Below, piece by piece: positions 49,144 to 56,680 of a stretch of DNA of 56,680 bases. Every line of letters starts with the position of its first letter. The first letter of the stretch is position 1. A model generated the notes under the pieces. It did no database searches. It had not been told where the DNA came from and saw nothing but the letters and a program-made list of their open reading frames with translations. The position numbers and the translations under genes are program-made. Source of the DNA: Chiloscyllium plagiosum (Eukaryota); assembly GCF_004010195.1 (NCBI RefSeq), contig NC_057720.1:3964792-4021471 (forward strand), given 5' to 3'.

Positions 49144-49183
49144 ACGCTGCAGCTCTGAGGAAGATGATCAGCTGCTAATATAA
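49144..49183 (+). CDS. MCOLN2: Probable last coding exon of mucolipin, ending at TAA
   Basis: ctctttccacag|A CGC TGC AGC TCT GAG GAA GAT GAT CAG CTG CTA ATA TAA = (R)RCSSEEDDQLLI*. Phase 2 fits the previous exon, and it gives a [DE]xxxL[LI] motif as in mucolipin C-termini. Followed by TE-poor, AT-rich sequence. Confidence 0.75.
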
Positions 49184-49845
49184 ACCTGGCTTTCAGTGAC
49201 TCTTGTGTTTCTGAATATTGTAGTTATTGGAGTAATGAGCCCAGCGTGCACTGCCAAAATGGCCACCCATTTAATAAAACGAATGACTGATGCAAAGACT
49301 CCCTCTGACTGACCATAATTAGTGTCATTCAAGTGGAAAGGAAGAAATTCACTGTGTGTACTTTTTCTAACTGGTTGGACACTGGAAAATTTTATAATGT
49401 ACTCTTGGCAAGCTGTATGTGTGCTGCACAGGTACATCAGATACCTCTCCAACTGGGCAATGCAGTTGCCCAGTACTTATCAATTGCAACCTGATCTTGT
49501 ATTTCACTTTGTATGTACTGAACTTTTGCATTTTAAAAACTCTATATCTGAAAGCTTGGGATTTTTCTGCCATTTTTACATTCTTGTCTGTGTTTGTCAC
49601 GTCAATGTAAGATAAAAATTCTCTTCCAAACCTTTACTGGTCATTACAGAAAACATCTCATTCACTTTGTTCATGTGATTTTTCTGAATCACATCCTTTC
49701 TAAAAAAAAACAAACTGTAAAACTATGGAGCTATAAAAATGGAAATACGGATCAGAACTGACTTGATTGTAATTTGTTGAAGTTCAGTTTGTCGGTGGGA
49801 GGATGATTGTTTCCCATTAAATAAAGTGGATGCTATATTTTAATT
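49184..49845 (+). other. Putative 3'UTR of the mucolipin gene
   Basis: No recognisable TE, AT-rich, directly after the stop codon. AATAAA at 49273-49278 and overlapping ATTAAA/AATAAA at 49816-49825. Confidence 0.55.
49816..49825 (+). terminator. Candidate polyadenylation signal (ATTAAATAAA)
   Basis: Overlapping ATTAAA and AATAAA hexamers followed by T/GT-rich sequence. Confidence 0.45.
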
Positions 49846-49901
49846 TCTTATGAGATTAAACCGTGTTAATCTGTTCACTTCTGGTGGAGTGTGGGGGAGG
49901 T

Positions 49902-49923
49902 NNNNNNNNNNNNNNNNNNNNNN
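49902..49923. other. Assembly gap (22 N)
   Basis: Run of N. Confidence 1.
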
Positions 49924-51216
49924 TTCCCATAAGTCTGCTGACTTTCCCCTTCTGATCGCCAAAATGGTGGCAGTGGGGTAGGCAGTATCCAGACTCCTGA
50001 GCCCAGGCTTGTCCTCTCCATCTGCTTTTTCTTTCCTTTTCCTTTTCCCCTTCATCTTTTCTCAGTTTCTGTTTTTCTCTTCTTGCTTAAACTTGCCTAC
50101 GAAAGACACCTGTTTGGGGGAAAGGCGGCTTCAATGGGGTCTGGAGTGTGGGTGTCTTCAGAGGCAGCATGGCTACAAAGAGTGGCATTCTGGCCCAGTG
50201 GCATGGTGTGGAATGGTGAAGCCTGGAGCAGGACTGTTGCAATGGAGTAGGAAAAATTGGACTCTTTTTAAGTTACCTTTCTTTATTTTTGTTTTACGTT
50301 AATAATGCCAATGCATGGTGATGGTAGAAACTTTTCACTGTATTATATTGAATGCATGTGTCATTAAGTGATTCAATCAATTCTGATTGGTAGGTGTAAA
50401 TACACAATGATCGAAATATTGTGCATGAGGCATTCTGTCAGATTGGAACTATTGGTAAAAAAAATTCCAAAGGCCTACATAGGTTGGATTTTGCCAAGCA
50501 CCTAGTTCTTTGTGTCATTATTACCCATTCTCCAAATGCTGTACCACGTTTTGCATTAAATCTGAACGATGTTTTCCATCCCACACCTTGCTCTACTTTG
50601 ACCACTAGGCCTCCCTGTAAAGAAGGTATCCTTTTCAACAGCAACATTTTGAAATGAGAGTATTCACCTTCTAGCTTCAGCCCTCATAACCCAAAAGTAG
50701 GAATTCACAAGGGGGTACCTGCTCTGAGAGAGCTTATTCAAGCTTATTGCAAGTGGTGCAGTGATGGTGCCCCTACCTGTGAGCCAGGAGGCTCAGGTTC
50801 AAGCCCCACCAGCTCCTGAGGGTGTCACAAAGTCAGCAGGTTGATTGCCAAATACCTATTCAAACTCATTGAACTTGGCACCATCTGATTATAAAAGCTG
50901 TCTTAATTTTTCTAATCGTTTATATTTAAAACATCTTTTGAGCGAAAACAATCCTTTATGGTTATACTAAAGTAAAATGCTTTCAGTACATTTTCAAAAT
51001 GTACATTCAAGATCTTAAACTCTGGATGAAAACATTTCTCCTCATCCTGCACCCCCCGCATCTTTCCCCAATGGTTTTGACTCAGTGGTGACTATGTATC
51101 ACCCACCCAACAAAGGGATTAATTTCTTATTGTGTGCTGCATTAAAACTTCATCCGTAACCTTCCCTGTTTCCTGGAGAACAGTCCCAACCTTTCCCACT
51201 CCTCTCCTAACTGATA

Positions 51217-51422
51217 CTAGGACATAGTGAGGACTGCAGATGCTGGAGATCAGAGTCGAGAGTGTGGTGCTGGAAAAGCACAGCAGCTCAGGCTGTATCC
51301 GAGGAGCAGGAGAGTCGACGAATCAGGAAAGTGCTGATGAAGAGCTCCGGCCCAAAGCGTCAACTCTCTTGCTCCTCGGATGCTGCCTGAGCTGCTGTGC
51401 TTTTCCAGCACCACACTCTCGA
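51217..51422. mobile_element. Family-B fold-back mini-element
   Basis: TSD-like ctcctaactgata (51204-51216) / ctcctaattgaca (51423-51435). Confidence 0.85.
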
Positions 51423-52982
51423 CTCCTAATTGACATTCCCTATCCTCGGAAGCATTCCAGGAGAGTTCTTCTGTAGCTCAGAAATGATGAATCCCAACGC
51501 TGTGACCTCACCAGTGATTTTAAAAAGTTCAAGCTTTAATCTTCGTGGACATGTTTCCAAGTCAGAATGGTGAATGGCTTAGAGGGGAGCTTTGGGTTTA
51601 TTTTTCTATTCCTCTCTTTATAGACCCTGGTGCTTTTTAAGCAGCTTATCAACTTGCTCTTAAATCTTTTTAAGATTTTAAGACATCTGGATGGGTACAT
51701 AAATAGGAAGGGTTTGGAGGGATATGGGACAAATGCTTGATTAATTTAGGATAGCTATTTGCTGTGGACTGGTTGGACCAAAGGGTCTGTTTCCCTTCAT
51801 CTGTACATCTCTAAGACTCTATTTGTATGCCTGAACACCAAGGCCTCCCTGCTCTGTTATACTTTTCCAACTTGATCCATTTCAGGACCTCGCAAAATGT
51901 ATTGTTTTACACTTCTCGGTACTAAACTCCAACAGCCATGAGACCCAGGCTCTTTCAACAGTTATTTATAATTCTTCCACTTCAACCATGTAGATATATG
52001 GGAACACCACACCCTGCACGTTCTCTCCAAGACACTCACCATCTTGACATGAAAATTTATTGCCATTCCTTCAGTGTTGCTGGATCAAAATCCTGGAATT
52101 CCCTCCTGAAGGGCATTGTGGGTCTACCTACAGCCCATGGACTGCAGCAGTTCAAGAAGGCAGTTCCCCCCACCTTCTCAAGACAACTGGCGATGGTTAG
52201 TAAGTTAGCCAGTGATACTGACATACTCAGAATGGAAGCAAAATTAACTCCTCTACCAATTTCACTATTCTGTCTATCATTGTGTAGAGTGTAACTGTTC
52301 TGAAGACTAGCTTTTTTTTACCTGCAAACATCCGATAGTAAATTGACATAATTCAATCATACCCCGGTCTAGCGTGTGATAAACTGCTATCCTTTAACCT
52401 TTGCCTATCGTTCGTTGGTGGAGTTCTATGGATAATGCACACAGAAAATTCCATTCCAGCCAGGGTAGTGGTTGTTTTGGATAGTTGGATAATTATTTGA
52501 ATATATTTTCAACATGGATACAATGGGCCGAATGGTCTTCTGTGTTATTTCATTCTGTTTCTATGAACAGAAGCACGAGGTGATCTACTAAAGTAGAAGA
52601 AGAGTTGCCAACAGAAATGATCCTCAAATCTCTCATACCTGCACACCGATGCCAGAGACGTCAGAGTTGTGGTGCTGGAAAAAGCACAGCAGGCCAGACA
52701 GCATCTGAAGAGCAACAGAGCTGATGTTTTGGACATGACTCTTCATCAGTTGTGATTTGCTGTGGGTTTTTTTCCTGTGCCACACATTATTGAAGGAAGA
52801 ATTCAGTCAATCTACCTGGTTTTGAACTTGAACAAAGTCTGGCAGTTAATTATGAGTTATCATTAATTGATGCATTCCCTGTGGCAGTGCCTCTAACAAC
52901 TAAAGTCCACTTGCCAACCAAACAAAACTCCTCTCATGCAGTACAAATGTAATTTCTCTTTGAATTTTGTATCCTTGTGAAG

Positions 52983-53016
52983 TGTCCTGATGAGTGCAGA
53001 ATGAAAAGCTTTGACA
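52983..53016 (+). ncRNA. Degenerate minimal hammerhead motif (family E)
   Basis: UGUC-CUGAUGA-GUGCAGAAU-GAA-AAGCUU-U-GACA: 4-bp stem I, palindromic AAGCUU helix III, weak stem II. Confidence 0.5.
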
Positions 53017-53259
53017 AAATCTGCCTCTTTTCCATAAAACTCAAGTTTTGTATGACTAACCGACTATTTGTACCCTGAGAGATGTTATTCAAGATTTTAC
53101 ATGGAGTGAGGGCTACTTTTTAATCATTCTGGTTCTCGTCACAGCACATTACATTTCACTGAAATAAACAGGTTGGTATTAGTCAGAGTGCTGAAGGTAC
53201 CAATAACATAAATTGTGAGCAATTAAACCCTTTATCAACCACAATAACTTCTCAGCCAA

Positions 53260-55600
53260 CATAGAGTCAGAGTCCTACAGCACGGAGACAGCCCCTTTGG
53301 CCCAAACTGGTCCATGCCGACCAAAGTGTCCATCCACACTAACCCCATTACCCTACACTTGGCTCATAGCCTTTTAAACCTTTCCTATCCATGTATTTAT
53401 CCAAATGCCTTTTAAATGTTGTTAATGTACCCGCCTCAACCACTTCCACTGGCAGCTCATTCCATTTGCGTACCACCCCTCAGGTTCCCTTTTATTCTTT
53501 CCCCTTTAACCTTAAACTGATGCCCTCTAGTCTTTTATTCCCCAACTCTGGGGAAACAGACTGAGAGCATTTACCCTATTCATGCCCCTCATGATCTTAT
53601 ACACCTCGATAAGGTCCCCCCCTCAGTGTCCTATACTCTATAGAAAAAAAGCCTAGCTTATCCAACCTCCCCCGGTAGCACAGTGGTTAGCACTGCTGCC
53701 TCACAGCACCAGAGACCCAGCTTCAATTCCCGCCTCAGGCAACTGTCTGTGTAGAGTTTGCACATTCTCCCTGTGTCTGCGTGGATTTCCATCAGGTGCT
53801 CTGGTTTCCTCCCACAAACACAAAAATGTGCAGGTTAGATGAATTGCCTGTAGTGTTAGGTGAAGGGGTAAATGTTGGTGAATGGGTCTGGGTGGGTTGC
53901 TCTTTGGAGGGTCGGTGTGGACTCATTGGGTCTAAGGTCCTGTTTCCATACTGTAAGTAATCTAAATCTAACTCAGACCATTGAGTCCTGGCAACATCCT
54001 TGTAAATTTCTTCTGCACGCTTTCTAGTTTAATAACACCCTTCCTAAAGCACGGTGATCAAAACTGAACACAATACTCCAAGTGCGACCTCACCATCATC
54101 CTGTACGAACCTTCCAGCTCAGCGAGCAAACCTACATCCAGATTCTGTACAACTGCGACATAACTTCCCAACTTCTATACTTGTGCCCTGACTGATGAAG
54201 GCCAGTGTGCCAGAAGCTTTCCACACTGCCCTGCCTACCTGGGACTCCACTTTCAGAGAACCTAAACTCCAAGGTCTCTCTGTTCCACTACACTCCTTAA
54301 GGCCCTACCATTCCCCATGAAACTCCTACCTTGATTTGACTTTTTAGGATTAGATTAGATTACATTACATTACAGTGTGGAAACAGGCCCTTCGGCCCAA
54401 CAAGTCCACACCGACCCACCGAAGGGCAACCCACCCATACCCCTACATTTACCCCTTCATCTAACACTCCGGGCAATTTAGCATGGCCAATTCACCTGAC
54501 CTGCACATCTTTGGACTGTGGGAGGAAACCGGAGCACCCGGAGGAAACCCACGCAGACACGGGAAGAACGTGCAAACTCCACACAGTCAGTCGCCTGAGG
54601 CGGGAATTGAACCCGGATCTCTGGCGCTGTGAGGCAACAGGAAGACCCCACACTTATCTATATTAAACTCCATTTGCCATTTCTCAGCCCACTTCCCCAG
54701 CTGATCAAGGTCCTGCTGTAATTTCTGATAATCTTCCTCACTGTCCACGAAACCACCTATTTTAGTGTCATCTACAAACTTATAAATCATACCTTGGAAA
54801 TTCTCATCAATCATTGATATAGATAACAAACAGTAATGGGCCCAGCACCAACCACTGAGGCACTCCACAAGTCACGGGCCTCCAGTCTGACAAACATCCT
54901 TCCACTATTACCCTCTGCTTCCTACCTTCAAGCCAATTGTGTGACCAATTTGCCAGCTGCCCCTGAGTTCCATGCATTCTAACCTTCCAGAGCAGCCTAC
55001 CATGTGGAACCTTATCAAAGGCCTTACTGAAATCCATAAACGCTACATCTACTGCCCTACCATTGTCAACCCTTCCTGGTCACTTCAACAAAAAACCCAA
55101 ACAAATCTGTGATGCATGATCTCCTACGCACAAAGCCATGCTGACTAATCAAACATAGAACATTACAGCGCAGTACAGGCTCTTCAGCCCTCTATGGTTT
55201 CACAAGTCGATGCAACAATCTGAAGCCCAGCTATCATACTGTAATCCATTTTCATCCCTATGCCTATTCAATGACCATTTAAATGCCCTTAAAGTTGGTG
55301 AGTCTACTACTGTTGCAGGCAGGGTGTTCCATGCCCCTACTACTCTCTGAGTAAAGAAACTACCTCTGACATCTGTCCTATATCTATCACCCCTCAATTT
55401 AAAGCTATGTCCTCTCATGCTAGCCATCACCATCTGAGCCATCCAGCTCTCACTGTCCACCTTATCTAACCCTCTGATTATCTTATATGTCTCATTTAAG
55501 TCACCTCTCAACCTCTTCCTCTCCACCGAAAACAGCCTCAAGTCCCTCAGCCTTTCCTCATAAGACCTTCCCTCCATATCAGGCAACATCCTGGTAAATT
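53260..55600 (-). mobile_element. CR1 ORF2 fragments with nested HE1 SINEs (53672-53970 +, 54346-54637 -) and a second CR1 3' end (55153-55600)
   Basis: MDFSKAFDKVPH, GVPQ and FVDDTK motifs. SINE heads and V-domains are visible. Confidence 0.88.
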
Positions 55601-55603
55601 TTA

Positions 55604-56680
55604 CCAGAGCGGCGAGGAGAGAAGGAGAAGTGAAGCGAGGGCTGCCGGGAAGGGTGAGTTTTCCCGCATTAAAAGGGACTTACCTCAGGAGTTGGGCCTT
55701 CATTTGCCGAGAGGTGCAAGGGAGGAGCGAAGGACTTCTGGGAAGACCTATATTTGTGTGGTTGCGTTACCTGAAACACTACTCGGATAGTGTCTCCCAC
55801 CCATCCTCCTCCTCTAACCAAAACACAAAGACCTGTGCACCAGACTGGTAAGGTAACGAGTTTATTTTTTTCCTTATTTTTTCAACAGTTTCTTTGGGAA
55901 CTTAGAATAGTGGGAATGGAGGTTAGGGCAGTTGAATGTTCCTCCTGCAGAATGTGGGAGGTAAGGTCACCACTAGTGTCCCTGCTGACTACATCTGCGG
56001 GAAGTGAACCCAACTCCAGCTCCTCGAAAACCGCGTTAGGGAACTAGAGCTGGAGCTGAATTTCGGATCATTCGGGAGGCAGAGGGAGTTATTGAGAGGG
56101 GTTACAGGGAGGTAGTCACACCTAAAGTACAAGAAAAAAGCAGATGGGTTACAGTCAGGGGACGGAAAGGGAACCGGCAGACGGTGCAGGGATCCCCTGT
56201 GGCCATTCCCCTCAACAATAAGTATGCCGTTTTAGATACTGTTGGGGGGGGGGGGGGGGGACTTACCAGGAGCACAGTGCTCTGGCACAGAGTCTGTCCC
56301 TGCTGCTCAGAAGGGAAGGGGGTAGAGGAGCAGAGCAGTAGTCATTGGGGACTCCATAGTTAGGGGGACAGATAGAGAGACTCACGATTGGTGTGATGCC
56401 TCCCAGGTGCCAGAGTTTGTGATGTCTCTGATCGTGTTTTTGGGATTCTTAAGGGGGAGGGGGAGCAGCCCCAAGTCGTGGTCCACATAGGCACCAACGA
56501 CATAGGTAGGAAGACAGATGGGGATTTAAGGCAGAAATTCAGGGAGCTAGGATGGAAGCTTAGAGCTAGGACGAACAGAGTTGTTGTCTCTGGTTTGTTG
56601 CCCGTGCCACGTACTAGTGAGGCAAGGAATAGGGAGAGAAAGGAGTTGAACACGTGGCTACAGGGATGGTGCAGGAGGGA
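55604..56680 (+). mobile_element. 5' end of a CR1 LINE: 5'UTR and disrupted ORF1 (zinc finger/leucine zipper + SGNH esterase)
   Basis: ATG at 55916: MEVRAVECSSCRMW...YICGK(*)TQLQLLENRVRELELEL, then VVIGDSIVRG and VVHIGTND (GDS and GxND blocks). Contains frameshifts and stops, and runs off the window end. Confidence 0.88.

Noticed and set aside
50390..53260. A second gene (for example MCOLN3) downstream
   Set aside because: No recognisable coding exons on either strand, only TE fragments and AT-rich intergenic sequence.
55740..55830. HDV-like ribozyme at the CR1 5' end
   Set aside because: Only a simple hairpin could be formed by eye. The nested double pseudoknot (P1-P4, P1.1) was not found.

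Overview
Eukaryotic genomic DNA, almost certainly from a cartilaginous fish (shark). This is inferred from HE1-type tRNA/V-SINEs with CR1 (HER1-like) tails and abundant CR1, L2 and Penelope-like elements. The only host gene is the 3' part of a + strand mucolipin (TRPML) cation channel, best matching MCOLN2/TRPML2. Eleven coding exons (5118-49183) were reconstructed by hand: all have GT-AG junctions and compatible phases, and together give 1260 nt = 419 aa + stop. They cover the luminal domain, S2-S6, the NGDD pore filter and a C-terminal EDDQLL dileucine motif. The N-terminal exons lie upstream of the window. Introns and the downstream region are mostly nested, decayed retroelements, plus one Tigger-like MITE and two assembly gaps. 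Almost all ORF-track ORFs are TE fragments or noise. The most interesting non-genic signal is a set of at least five sequence-distinct families of minimal type-I hammerhead ribozyme motifs (CUGANGA-stem II-GAAA-palindrome-UH) in Penelope pseudo-LTRs. Some show compensatory base changes, and many sit in ~200-bp fold-back mini-elements flanked by their own 12-19-bp target-site duplications. Also notable are several locally templated duplications at insertion junctions, a palindromic 29-bp CpG-rich minisatellite, a candidate intronic immune-type regulatory cluster and an extended CTCF-like site.
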